Shown here piece by piece: positions 36,023 through 44,949 of a stretch of DNA of 64,000 bases. A program made the translations under genes and the position numbers. Source of the stretch: Octopus sinensis (taxonomy: Eukaryota). Under the pieces are notes generated by a model. That model was given only the letters and a program-made list of their open reading frames with translations. It was not told the DNA's origin and did not search any database. The stretch covers positions 31,930,001-31,994,000 of the forward strand of contig NC_043008.1 in NCBI RefSeq assembly GCF_006345805.1, written 5' to 3'. How positions within the stretch are numbered: the stretch's first letter is position 1; each line of letters opens with the position of its first letter.

Positions 36023-38252
36023 CGGTGGCACATAAAATCACCCACTACACTCTCGGAGTGGTTGGCGTTAGGAAGGGCATCCAGCTGTAGAAACACTGCC
36101 AGATCTGACTGGCCTGGTGCAGCCTTCGGGCTGCCCAGACACCAGTTGAACCGTCCAACCCATGCTAGCATGGAAAGCGGATGTTAAATGATGATGATGA
36201 TGATGAATTGGAAAAAACTACATTATTTATGAGATGACTCAATACATTACAGGTACATGTATCTGTGGAATGCTCAGGCACTTGCACATTAATTTCATGA
36301 GCAGGCTGTTCTGTTGATTGGATCAACTCAACTGGAACCTGTGTCATCGTAACTGATTGAGTGCCAGTTATATATATATATATATATTAGACGACATATG
36401 AAGGCTTGGCAATCTCTCGTTGAACAACCACACAGATGGTTTGTTTATAATGATCAAATGTTTGTGTGCAAATAAGCTCACTCCCTCCATCAAATTGGCA
36501 TTACCTGTACAGGTGCACAGTGTGCCACATGTCAGATGACGAAATGATTGCAGAGCAAGCAACATGAAATGAAGTGCTTTGTTCAAGAACACAACACAAT
36601 GTAATGCCTGGTCTGGGAATTGAACCCACGATCTCACAATCATGAGTGTAACACCCTAACCACTAAACCATGCACCTTCATGATATAAATATATATATAT
36701 ATAGTGTGTGTGGAAACAAAACTTAGAAAAAAACCAAATGAAATTTGAAAATATTTTTTTGCACATGGAGGAGTCAACATATAGCAAACTTCTCTCAACA
36801 CACTTCCCATAATAGAGATTGTACTCAATGTGTCCACCATTATGTTCTATCACCAGTTGGATACACTATCGAAAAGCTCCACAGGTCTTTATAATAAAAT
36901 GTCCTGACAATTTGGCCCATTTTTCCTTCAAAACCTGCTTGAGGTATTCAGTGCTAGAATGAGAAGCTCTTTTGGTAGACTGCTCTAAAGTGCTCCAAGC
37001 AAAATAGTCCAGCGGATTCAAATCTGGGTTGGAGGAGGGCCAGATATCAGAGGGCCAAAAATCAGAAAAATTGTCCTTACAAAATCTTTAGACTTTCTTA
37101 GCTGTATGAGCAGGTGCTCCATCCCAAGTCAACACATAATTACCTTCAGGCTAATTAGCCTTAAGGCAAGGCAGGACATGATATCTTAAGACTCTGTAAT
37201 AGATATCAGCACCAATTCTCTCACTAGATTTGGAAAAAAAAAATGAAGGGGCATTTTTTGCCCTCTGATGCCACAACTCTCAAAACTATCACCTGAGCAG
37301 GATGCTTTGTTCTGAAGATGCCCTTGACTGAGACTGTAATTCAGAAATACACCAATCATCCATAACGAAGATTTCCTCATTAAAAAATATTTTCACTGTG
37401 GGTCCAGATCTCTAGAGGAAGGACAACACTTTTCTTCCTCTTTCAAACCTCCTGACTTTTATTGAATTGGTCAGGGGGTGTCTTGATGTTTGCACAAAAG
37501 GTTACAAGCCTAAATCACAGTGAACAACATTTCTTACTGTCTTGGCATCAACTTTCATGTCAGTTGCCAGCTTCCACATGGATGTGCCTGGGTCCTTCGA
37601 AATTTTAGATTTGAGGGCCTTCAGGAATGCTGAATCGCATTTTTTTATTGGTTCCTTCAGTGCCTTGCTTCCTCTGAATGCCTCTGATGTTATCCAAACG
37701 ATTCTTAACATTGTAAACTGTGATTAATGACACATGAACCAACTCAGAAATTCGCTTGGTGTTCATTCCTTTTCAGAGCAAATCAGCAATGCACTGTCTT
37801 TTATTTCTTGAGATGACATAGTTGGACTTATACCTGAAAAAGCCAAAGTAAATTGTTACTATGAGACCTAATTCTGAAGATAAGATAAGATAAAATGTTT
37901 GTTATAATTGACCATGCAACATAAAAAACATAAGGTGTGCTAAAAATTCCAAGTTTTACTTCCCCTCCCTGTATACAGACACACACATACATATATACAT
38001 TTATGTGTGTCTGTTCAGATGTATGTATATATATATATATATATATATACACATACATATGCATGTATAGATTTATTTATATATATACACACACACACAC
38101 ACACATATATATGTACACATCACATATATGAGAGAGACAAGTTATTTGGACATAGTATGCATATAAAAACATTTGAACTGAGCTAAAGATATTTTTACTT
38201 TTTCTACTTTCTTTTCCAGGTTATAATCAAAGTACCTCAAAAAAACTCATAA
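2010..38252 (+). CDS. ALDH1/2: Aldehyde dehydrogenase, ALDH1/2 family; spliced CDS of 12 exons, 5'-partial (443 aa + stop)
   Basis: Hand-spliced exons join in frame with consistent phases and GT-AG borders (1332 nt). Motifs: [65 protein letters not shown]-terminal KVPQKNS*. Orthology within ALDH1/ALDH2 is not resolved. Confidence 0.97.
2283..2615 (+). mobile_element. Family B repeat (RTE-LINE-like 3' tail ending in (ATG)n)
   Basis: gcatccagctgtagaaac...ccaacccatgctagcatggaaagcggacgttaaa-(gat)n; similar copies at 12220-12480, 33030-33290, 35631, 36018, 50310-50480 (+) and 1450-1750, 9385-9560, 49980-50100 (-). Confidence 0.85.
3190..4080 (+). mobile_element. RTE-clade LINE reverse transcriptase relic
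   Basis: [49 protein letters not shown]; internal stops. Confidence 0.9.
4085..4350. repeat. (TATG)n/(TACA)n quasi-palindromic microsatellite
   Basis: Read directly. Confidence 0.95.
5219..5293. repeat. 27-bp tandem repeat, about 2.8 copies
   Basis: tgctactgcactgcacatttaattccg unit. Confidence 0.9.
6773..7013. mobile_element. hAT/Charlie-like MITE
   Basis: Termini caatggttctcaa / ttgaaaaccacta; internal sequence shared with 46411-46667; imperfect 8-bp TSD atctatgc/atctacac. Confidence 0.75.
7164..7396 (-). mobile_element. SINE family C, full length
   Basis: 16-bp TSD aagaaattccattata at 7148-7163 and 7397-7412. Confidence 0.92.
7451..7812 (-). mobile_element. SINE family A
   Basis: Reverse complement matches the other family A copies. 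Confidence 0.85.
7951..8077 (+). CDS. ALDH1/2: ALDH exon, 127 nt ([11 protein letters not shown]...[16 protein letters not shown])
   Basis: tttttag acceptor, gtgagt donor, phase 0-1; one codon shorter than the vertebrate ALDH1A exon as I recall it. Confidence 0.96.
8945..9365 (+). mobile_element. mariner internal-deletion derivative
   Basis: Transposase C-terminus ..[26 protein letters not shown]. Confidence 0.7.
10130..10191 (+). CDS. ALDH1/2: ALDH exon, 62 nt ([21 protein letters not shown])
   Basis: tttccag acceptor, gtaaga donor, phase 1-0. Confidence 0.96.
10214..10842 (+). mobile_element. Non-autonomous Helitron (internally deleted)
   Basis: A|TC...CTAG|T ends, subterminal hairpin cctgg-gcaagg-ccagg; homologous to 58175-59339. 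Confidence 0.85.
13398..14637. repeat. 21-bp minisatellite (acaccagtaaacactgcacta), about 59 units
   Basis: Homogeneous centre, degenerate edges, recurring 42-bp dimer of two variants. Confidence 0.97.
14664..14792 (+). CDS. ALDH1/2: ALDH exon, 129 nt ([16 protein letters not shown]...[19 protein letters not shown])
   Basis: ttttttacag acceptor, gtaatt donor, phase 0-0; carries N169, K192, E195. Confidence 0.96.
14950..15150 (+). mobile_element. SINE family C
   Basis: gagctggcagaatcatta...gactttgccttacatctttcc...aagtaccag. Confidence 0.8.
15320..15542 (-). mobile_element. SINE family C variant
   Basis: 18-bp TSD atcaatgttataaataat at 15302-15319 and 15543-15560. Confidence 0.88.
15581..15895 (+). 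mobile_element. tRNA-derived SINE with (AAC)n tail
   Basis: A-box-like tagtggttag, B-box-like ggttcgaatc, tail gaaactggaaaaccagcccctatgagcc. Confidence 0.75.
15997..16406 (-). mobile_element. SINE family A, full length
   Basis: All segments present; possible caccatga TSD. Confidence 0.9.
17194..17420 (+). mobile_element. SINE family A, 5' half
   Basis: ggcgcaggcatgactgtgtggtaag...ending in (TA)n(TG)n. Confidence 0.85.
17555..18075 (-). mobile_element. Penelope-like element relic, GIY-YIG endonuclease
   Basis: ORF 17589-17927: [29 protein letters not shown]. Confidence 0.8.
17560..17585 (-). ncRNA. Hammerhead-like core at the 3' end of a Penelope GIY-YIG relic
   Basis: Minus strand CTGAAGA-G-GGGGT-CATA-ACCCT-GAAA; stems I and III are poorly preserved. 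Confidence 0.5.
18100..18730 (-). mobile_element. RLE-type (R2/R4/NeSL-like) non-LTR retrotransposon C-terminal relic
   Basis: [18 protein letters not shown] (CX2CX8HX4C), [31 protein letters not shown]. Confidence 0.85.
19137..19462 (+). mobile_element. SINE family C with (TCA)n(TTA)n tail abutting the exon acceptor
   Basis: SINE body 19137-19345, then microsatellite up to cag at 19464-19466. Confidence 0.8.
19467..19580 (+). CDS. ALDH1/2: ALDH exon, 114 nt ([19 protein letters not shown]...KVAFTGSTE)
   Basis: ttacag acceptor, gtatgt donor, phase 0-0; Rossmann-fold segment. Confidence 0.96.
19810..20240. mobile_element. Inverted pair of family C SINEs (19810-20015 +, 20075-20240 -)
   Basis: Recognisable family C segments in opposite orientation. 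Confidence 0.7.
20405..20507 (+). CDS. ALDH1/2: ALDH exon, 103 nt ([34 protein letters not shown])
   Basis: ttttcag acceptor, gtaagt donor, phase 0-1; general base E268. Confidence 0.96.
21431..21854 (+). mobile_element. SINE family A, full length
   Basis: All segments through aagtaaaagagtaaagagta. Confidence 0.9.
22150..22610. repeat. Unclassified interspersed repeat (partial second copy at about 21040-21230)
   Basis: Shared ccactacttctgctcatgatcaga...aaggtcaa..aactgacaagc..atctgtg. Confidence 0.65.
22722..22906 (+). CDS. ALDH1/2: ALDH exon, 185 nt ([25 protein letters not shown]...NGPQ)
   Basis: ctttcag acceptor, gtaagt donor, phase 1-0; catalytic C302 codon TGC at 22778-22780. Confidence 0.96.
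23143..25052 (+). mobile_element. mariner transposon relic split by a nested piggyBac-like MITE
   Basis: [27 protein letters not shown]; after the insert [25 protein letters not shown]; TA-caaggggtg start. Confidence 0.9.
23537..24610. mobile_element. piggyBac-like non-autonomous element, 1074 bp
   Basis: TTAA TSD at 23533-23536 and 24611-24614; TIRs CCCTTTCGTTAC / GTAATGAAAGGG. Confidence 0.9.
25582..25942 (-). mobile_element. Non-autonomous Helitron, second family, 361 bp
   Basis: Minus strand A|TCTTTATATATAAAA...cccgagcaacgccggg-cgatactgCTAG|T. Confidence 0.85.
26119..26570. repeat. (TTC/TTT/TCA)n pyrimidine tract followed by (TATC)n
   Basis: Read directly; ends at the acceptor AG 26571-26572. 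Confidence 0.95.
26573..26737 (+). CDS. ALDH1/2: ALDH exon, 165 nt ([16 protein letters not shown]...DNMRIAKEE)
   Basis: atctcag acceptor, gtaagt donor, phase 0-0. Confidence 0.96.
26985..27200. repeat. (GGT)n low-complexity region with a perfect 81-bp tandem duplication
   Basis: Units start at 27023 and 27104. Confidence 0.9.
27903..28060 (+). CDS. ALDH1/2: ALDH exon, 158 nt ([11 protein letters not shown]...[28 protein letters not shown])
   Basis: ccttccag acceptor, gtaagg donor, phase 0-2. Confidence 0.96.
29007..29243 (-). mobile_element. SINE family C, full length
   Basis: 12-bp TSD tatagaaatatt at 28995-29006 and 29244-29255; an older copy lies at about 28800-28990. Confidence 0.88.
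29873..29947 (+). CDS. ALDH1/2: ALDH exon, 75 nt ([25 protein letters not shown])
   Basis: gttttag acceptor, gtaagt donor, phase 2-2. Confidence 0.96.
30000..30790 (+). mobile_element. Penelope-like element RT/thumb relic
   Basis: [53 protein letters not shown]. Confidence 0.75.
32496..32750 (+). mobile_element. tRNA-derived SINE family D (V/Meta-like ttgagcaaaacacttcatttcacgttgct..agtccactcagctgg segment)
   Basis: A/B-box-like head; related copies at about 34065-34262 (+) and a related head at 36390-36680 (-); domain name is tentative. Confidence 0.75.
33330..33369 (+). CDS. ALDH1/2: ALDH exon, 40 nt ([13 protein letters not shown])
   Basis: ttttcag acceptor, gtaagt donor, phase 2-0; E487 of TEVK retained. 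Confidence 0.94.
33517..34013 (+). mobile_element. Retrozyme-like tandem unit (~340-nt monomer, about 1.5 copies) containing the hammerhead
   Basis: Diverged direct repeats 33517-33681 and 33857-34013 (period 332-340 nt) flank the ribozyme. Confidence 0.65.
33756..33829 (+). ncRNA. Type I hammerhead ribozyme (extended stem I), near-canonical
   Basis: ACACTG-CTGATGA-GTCC-TGTTA-GGAT-GAAAC-TGTGAA-GT/T-CAGTGT. Stem I ACACTG/CAGTGT is extended by AGA/TCT, an internal loop and GAAGCAA/TTGCTTC. Two deviations: G.U at the base of stem II and a GUU cleavage triplet. Confidence 0.88.
34263..35480 (-). mobile_element. mariner transposon relic
   Basis: [53 protein letters not shown]. Confidence 0.88.
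35599..36387. repeat. Exact 351-bp tandem duplication bounded by three (TA)n tracts
   Basis: 35631-35981 identical to 36018-36368. Confidence 0.95.
36700..37973 (-). mobile_element. Tc1/mariner-superfamily (maT/DD37D-like) transposon relic
   Basis: [14 protein letters not shown]; [31 protein letters not shown]; decayed TIR tacagggagggggaagtaaaactt. Confidence 0.78.
38220..38252 (+). CDS. ALDH1/2: ALDH terminal coding exon, 33 nt ([10 protein letters not shown])
   Basis: long pyrimidine tract then ttttccag; TAA at 38250-38252; family C-terminus KVPQKNS. Confidence 0.94.
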   Translation, partial: VIIKVPQKNS

Positions 38253-38799
38253 AAACATCACTTTGCCTTGCTCAGGGGCTTAATGCCTTCAGCTTAAGCC
38301 CTTGGCCCAACTGGTTTCGAGTAGTATCGGAGAGGATTGGGCAAAACTACATGGACTCCGACTGAAGAAGCAATTGGCAGTGAATAATCCGTGCATCTTG
38401 TTTTGTCCCGTTTGCCATTGTTGTACTGTTGTCTTTTTCCTGTTTGTTATGTTTTGACGATTTCCGTTTTTCAGGGTTGATAAAATAAGTACCAATCAAG
38501 CATTCGGGTCTACTTTACCCCATTCCCCAGAATAAATGACCTTGTGCCAAAATTTGAAATCAATATACATATATAAATATACTTATATAAATATACATAT
38601 ATAAATCAATATAAATATATACATACATTATATATTGTGAAATTTGATTTAGTATTACCAAATTGAATTTTTCCCTGTAAGTTTGGAATAATATTCCCTA
38701 ATATTATATATATATATATATTTCAATATGTGACCACATGTGTATCGTTGGCGATTTTCTTTCTCCATCTTCCCTTCCTTGGACCTTTCCTTTTTCTAT

Positions 38800-38834
38800 G
38801 TTTCTGACAAAGAGCTCTGCTCAAAACGTTAAAT
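38800..38834 (+). ncRNA. Degenerate Penelope-type minimal hammerhead relic
   Basis: GTTT-CTGACAA-A-GAGC-TCT-GCTC-AAA-ACGT-T-AAAT; palindromic ACGT stem III; core G8 and G12 are A. Confidence 0.65.
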
Positions 38835-39044
38835 CCTCCTTCTTTCTTTCCTTTCCTGGGCGTCCAATAACACTATACTTGTTCCATGTTCTCACGTTGT
38901 TGTATTTTCTCTTTGTTCATGTTTGGATTAACCATACATATACGGACACTGTGAACAAGAATGTATTCAGTACTATATACAGAAAGTAATTTAGTATATT
39001 CAACAGAAGTTGAAAATTTCTCAATGTACACTATAGTTAAAGGT

Positions 39045-39260
39045 GACAAGCTGGCCGAATCATTAGCATACCAGTCAAAATGTTAAAGCATCATTTCGTC
39101 TGTCCTTACATTCTGAGTTCAAATTCTGCAGAGTTGACTTTGCCTTTCATTCTTTCAGGGTCAATAAAATAAGTACCAGTCAAGTATTGGGGTCGATGTA
39201 ATCGACTTTACCCCATCCCCCAGAATGACTGACCTTGTGTTAAAATTTGAAATCAATATA
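39045..39260 (+). mobile_element. SINE family C (partial copy also at 38460-38560)
   Basis: Family C segments. Confidence 0.8.
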
Positions 39261-40464
39261 TACTTCTGCTACCTTTGTTTGTTAACCAAAAGCGTCGAAA
39301 CATTATAATATAATGAAATAAAATTTTTGTATACAGTGCTCAGGTGTAATGATTTCTGAATGTTCCAATAAATATATTAATACACTGGTACAAAAAAGCA
39401 CACACACATTAAGTCATAATTTACATATTTTCAATAATCAGATACACAAATCGTCAAATAATTTCCAATTTTGAGCGTTAGATATAAAAATTAAGAGTTA
39501 TGTCCCTTCCTTACAATGTACTTGCTTTTATATTTTTCCATGAATACAAAATGTAGTTTCCATTTGTTTTGTCTTTTGTTTTTTTCATGTTATGTTTTTT
39601 TTTTGTTTTTTTTTTACAAAAAGTATGTTATACTTTTTCATAGCATTCTTTTCGAAAAATTTCCATTTCCTACATTATATATTTGATTCTTTCTCAGATC
39701 AACCAATTCGTATATTTTCCCAAACCAGTGCATCCTCAAAACTATTGTCTCTCATTGCTCTGATGACTAACAAGATGAAATAGCAAATATCTTTTATACA
39801 GGAATCCTTCCCTTTACAGAAGTAATACATTCCTGAAAATCTGGCTGTAACACGAAATTCCGTAATGCGAAATTGATTTTTGTAATATCAAATGAGATTG
39901 CATTCCCATGGACATTTACGGGGGGAAAAAAGCACAAGAAAACAACACAGGCAACATCTTTATACATGAAACACCTTTACATATGAAAATAACAATTTCT
40001 AAATATACATTATACAATATAGATATATAAAAACACAAAACGATTTCAAGAGGAATATGTTAGAGCATTAATATGAATAACAGGAGAAATATGGCAGCTA
40101 TTTCTAGTAGAGACTCTTTCATTGGCTTGTTGGTGGTATGCTGTCTTATGGTCTGGTGTTTTGAGCTAAATAGCATGGTGTCATATAATTCACTACTGTG
40201 AGCCACGGTAGTTTTATAACAAAGTTAAAGAATCACTATAAGAGAAGTGAGTGTCAAGAATCTTGGTTACTGACATAGTGTTATGCCAGTTATAGGAAAC
40301 AAACTACGGATATGTTGATTGCTTCTCTGTCATCTTATAGTTTAGCTCAGAAATTCTCATATAGAGGTGGGGCCTGAGAGGATTGAAACAAGAACAAACA
40401 AATTGCCATGTTTGACCCTTTTGGTACAAAGCCCACAGAGACCACACCTTGATTCTTGCTTTAA

Positions 40465-40660
40465 AATACTTAAGCCCTTCTCTCCCAATGGAGCATAGGC
40501 CATTGATAACTTACCTCACTGATCTTGACTCAGTACTGCCTTTTCTGCTCCCCTCCAGTTGGGTCCCTGCTTTTTCAGCTCTGCCTCAACATCATGCCTC
40601 CAAATGTTTTTAGAGTATCATATGTTTCTTTGAGGAAAGGCCTTTCTTTCTCAGGCCTTG
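40465..40660 (-). mobile_element. RTE-like LINE 3' end relic
   Basis: WRHDVEAELKKQGPNWRGAEKA..INGLCSIG. Confidence 0.65.
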
Positions 40661-41724
40661 TTGGTTTTGAATTGTTATTGATTATTCTGTAACTTTAATT
40701 TTTTTTTTCTAAGTAGGGGTGTTGGCTCTACACACCCATTTTTACCCTGGAAAGAGGTGATCCATATTAATTTGGCCTCTATCTTTTTGATCTGACCAAC
40801 ATAGAAAGCCCTGCTATAAGTTTGTATTTTGCTGTCATAGCTCTTGGCGTCAGTGAGGCACACAAGCCACCATACTGCAAAAAGGACTGGACCTTGTGGT
40901 GGCTGTTTTGAATTGATCTGAATTAAAGTCTTCCCTCAAAATTTCATGCTAATTTATGCTCTTAAAACTATCTTAATAATGACAAAGCTGTTAAAATTAT
41001 TTCTTCATAGTTTTCAAAATTGAAACAAAGGCTCTATATTTCAATGGATATCTGGTAACAAAAGGGTCGATAAAATCAATAGAATTAAGATGGTTTTAAA
41101 CTATTTAATCTTGTCCAGCAGCATGACAAAAGGTAGCGGGGTGTGGTGATTTCTATTAACATTTCGTTGGGTTGGACCGGGTATTTCTCAATTTAAGACA
41201 ACATTGGTTTAGTCAGTTCAACATGAATTTAAATAGCTAAACAAGGGAGAGAACTGTTTTCAACACTTCCATTTTTGTGAGTGTGAACTTAGCGTGTTTT
41301 TGCTTTGTCTAGCTCCAGGTCAGCTCAGATCCAGTCAACCTAAGATTAAAGACGTAGTGTTACTTTCATTAATTCTTAGGATTCCACTTATTTTCCCTTT
41401 TCACGCTCTTAGGGTGTACTTTGAAGGAGTTACAATCGCTATTTCTGGAGGCTGGTATGCATGAGCAACTGCTGGTCTTCCATAAACAACCTTGCCCAGA
41501 TTTGTATCTTGGAGGGTAACTTTCTAGGTGCCATCCCATGGTGCTCTGCGGTTATTTGATTAAATAAAGATATCAACCAAATCCCCTTCCATAACACTCT
41601 GCTATCATAAAATAAAGGAAAGGATACATGAAATAATTCAGTCCTAGTTAGATACACTGCGCCTTAAAAGAAAAACGAAAATGGTCATGGCAGGAATGTT
41701 TTTTTTTATAACATTCATCGTTAA

Positions 41725-41945
41725 CCCTTTCATTACCAACCCGGCTAAAACCGGCTCTGGCTCTGTAGTACAAATGCCTTGTTTCCATAAGTTTTGAATT
41801 AAAATCTTCCACCAAACCTTAGTCACAATTTATGTTCCTAACACTAGCTGAGTGATAACTAAATTATTTTACTAAATTCTTTGTTATATTTAAAGTAATT
41901 GAAAAAAACACAGAACATCTCAAAATAAATACAGTAACGAAAGGG
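41725..41945. mobile_element. piggyBac-like MITE, 221 bp
   Basis: TTAA-CCCTTTCATTAC...GTAACGAAAGGG; right TSD not TTAA. Confidence 0.75.
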
Positions 41946-43229
41946 ACAAGGTTGACATAAAGTGAAATGACATCAGCATCATCACAACCAGCATCTGCTG
42001 GATTAAGGCTGATATGAACTAAGAAATGCCAATGTGGAAACCTCTTCAAAGTTATTCAAACTGTTAGAAGAAGCAGTCAAATCTTGAAATCTCACCCAGC
42101 CAATTTTGAAAAGGAAGAACTTTAGCTATACTGTGGGAGAGCTGACTTAAGAATCCCCCACAAGTGCCACTGCATGCTGGAGTGCAGAGGATGTCCCTCT
42201 AAGAAATACAAGCATGGTTATGTCTCTGAGGGATTTGTATATTGCATTGAGTCATTTCACTAACTACTAGTATATCATAGTCCTGCTATACCAAGACTCA
42301 CCAGAGAATACATGACAGTGGCTAGAGTCATTTGACTAGCTACTAACTGTATGTTGCATGTTCACCTGAGGGTATACAACAATTGTCCCTGGATGCTGGA
42401 GTACATAGTTTATTATAAACTCTGGTTGGAGAGATTTATAATCAAAAATGCTCCACAACAGTTTCATATTTCTGGAGGTATCTAAGATCAAATTCTCTGA
42501 AATATCCTTTATTCAAGACAGTAAGGAGTGATTTGAGCATGGTTTGGAAATAATTTTTTAAGCAGGTCCAGCAACAAAGTAGAAATCCCCTTATTGGCTG
42601 GCATACTAATTGTTTTTGCTGTTTAGCCCCCCACCAAAGATGTTTCATCTGCAACTATCCCATCTTTTATGTAAACCAAGGACTAAATTGTTCAATGTAT
42701 GCTCCTGTTGGCCAGATATTGTTAACCAACAGGAAAGACATTTTTTTATGATGCTGTAAAGAACATTTTGACACTGTCTACAATCGAAGGCAGTGTAGTT
42801 GTCTGTATTCCTCAAAGACCATACCTACCTTATTTGTCCTGTGAACTATGCTTCAAAGAATCTAAGACTCTGTCAAACAACTTTGCTCAGACAAAGCTCC
42901 TAGGGGAGGCTGGCATTCCTCTAGAATTCACAAGTTTAGGGGTAAACTCAGAGACTCCTAGAGTTATTTAAATTTGTTTAGAAGGCTGGTCATGTTACCT
43001 GGTACTCAAGGACCATTTTATAAAATACCTCAGAATGATGGCAGAAAAGTTGTCTATGGCAACTCACATGGCATCTCTCTGCCTGTCTATCTGCCATTCT
43101 CTCTCTCTCTCTCTCTCTCAGTATTACTGACAAAATCCTTCACCACATTATCTTCAACAGAATAATCATGCATTTCATAAATCACATCTACAATGAATAG
43201 TAATGTGATTTTTGATGCTACTGATATGA

Positions 43230-44170
43230 TATTTTCTCTTTGTCAGTTGCTGAGGAAATTTCTGAATTTTACATTGTGTTTGTCAATCTGACCAAGGCTT
43301 TCAACATTACAAACACTACTAGATAAGGTTTTGTCCTGGCTCATGTTCTCATTGGTCTCTTTTCCTTGATAATGATCCAACATGCCAATCGTGATCTCAG
43401 AAAAAGTGTTAAATTCAATCCTTGCACAACTAATGATCTTTTAATCACTAATGTTTGAAAGCTAAATCGTTGGCCTGAACCAGTTTAATTTGCAATCTTT
43501 TTTGCAGATGATGCTGCAACTGTTGCAGCATTAATCAAAGAAGCCCAAGAATTCCCCATCATTTTTTTTTGCGCACAAATAAAGCCTTTGAGTTAACCAT
43601 GAGCATAACCTGCACCCACCCTCGAAATAATGCACAAGTCAAAGCCTACTCCTAATCAGATAACAACCATGAAGCAAATACAACCTACTGACACATTCTT
43701 AGATACATCTACCATAATTCATGGCAGCAACCTGAAATATTTGAAATCCTTTAAGTACTTTGGAAACACATTAAACTGATGAGCTTCTCTATGTGATGAG
43801 ATTGTCAACCAAATTTCTAAGGGAACAGAATCTTTTGGAAAACTGTTATAGTCTTTAAAATTATATAAGAATATCCCACAAAATTAAAATCAGTGCTAAT
43901 TCTGTCATTGTGTTGACCCATCTCCTACATTGGTCAGAATCATAGACCCTTATATCAGACCTACATTAATCAACTTGAAGTTTTCACAAATGTTGTCTTG
44001 ATTTGATCTGAAGTTACACTTTGCAGAATAAGGTCCTTAATCCTGATCTGTTCGCTAAATGTGGTACTGAGGAACATTGAATTATTTCTGATTCAGTCAC
44101 TGTATAAGCACTTCATGACGGTGCACAGAACATGGACAGGCCATGACTGCATGTTCAAGGTTAAGCTTAT
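43230..44170 (+). mobile_element. Old RTE-like LINE RT relic
   Basis: FYIVFVNLTKAFN, FFADDAA, FKYFG fragments across frameshifts. Confidence 0.65.
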
Positions 44171-44178
44171 ATATAATA

Positions 44179-44385
44179 TTCTTTTACATGTCTCAGTCAT
44201 TTGATTGTGGCCAAGCTGGAGCAGCGCCTTAAACAGTTTTAGTCAAAGAAATTGACCCTAGGGCTTATTTCTTGTAAGCCTAGTACTTATTCTATTGGTC
44301 TCCTTTTTGACGAATTGCTAAGTTACAAGGATATAAACACACCACCAACGGTTGGGAACAAACACACACACATAAATATACATAC

Positions 44386-44424
<39 letters not shown>

Positions 44425-44583
44425 GGTTTCTTTCAGTTTCCATCTACCAAATCCACTCACAAGACTTTGGTCGACCTGAGGCTATAGAGGAAGACACTTG
44501 CCCAAGATGCCATGCAATAGGACTGAACCCAGAACTATGTGGTTGGGAAGCAAGCTTTATATCACACAGCTGTACCTGTGCCT
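44179..44583 (-). mobile_element. SINE family A, full length
   Basis: Reverse-complement family A. Confidence 0.88.
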
Positions 44584-44949
44584 ACATTATAAATATATAT
44601 ATAGAAACAAATTAAATAGAAAGATACAATTGACAAACCAATAATTTATTTATAATGTAACATAATATACTATGAATATAATATGATATAATATAACATA
44701 AAAGAATCATAAAAAAATCAAAATAGCCAACAAATTGTTTCGCCTTAGTTGGGAAAACAAACCTACTAGAAAGGTATCTAGCAAACCCATCAATTTCAAT
44801 ATTTCATAAGCAACAATAGGAAATTAGATGCTATAACCAGTAGGAATATTAGTTTAGATAATAAAGGTAGTGAGGCGACTGGGCAGATTATGCCACTCTC
44901 TAATAAGAAAAATACTGGTAATATGGACATACGTAATAATCAAGTCATG

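Noticed and set aside
39755-39786. Hammerhead-like TTGCT-CTGATGA...GAAA-T-AGCAA
   Set aside because: There is no room for stem III or a cleavage triplet, and stem II is poor; probably chance.
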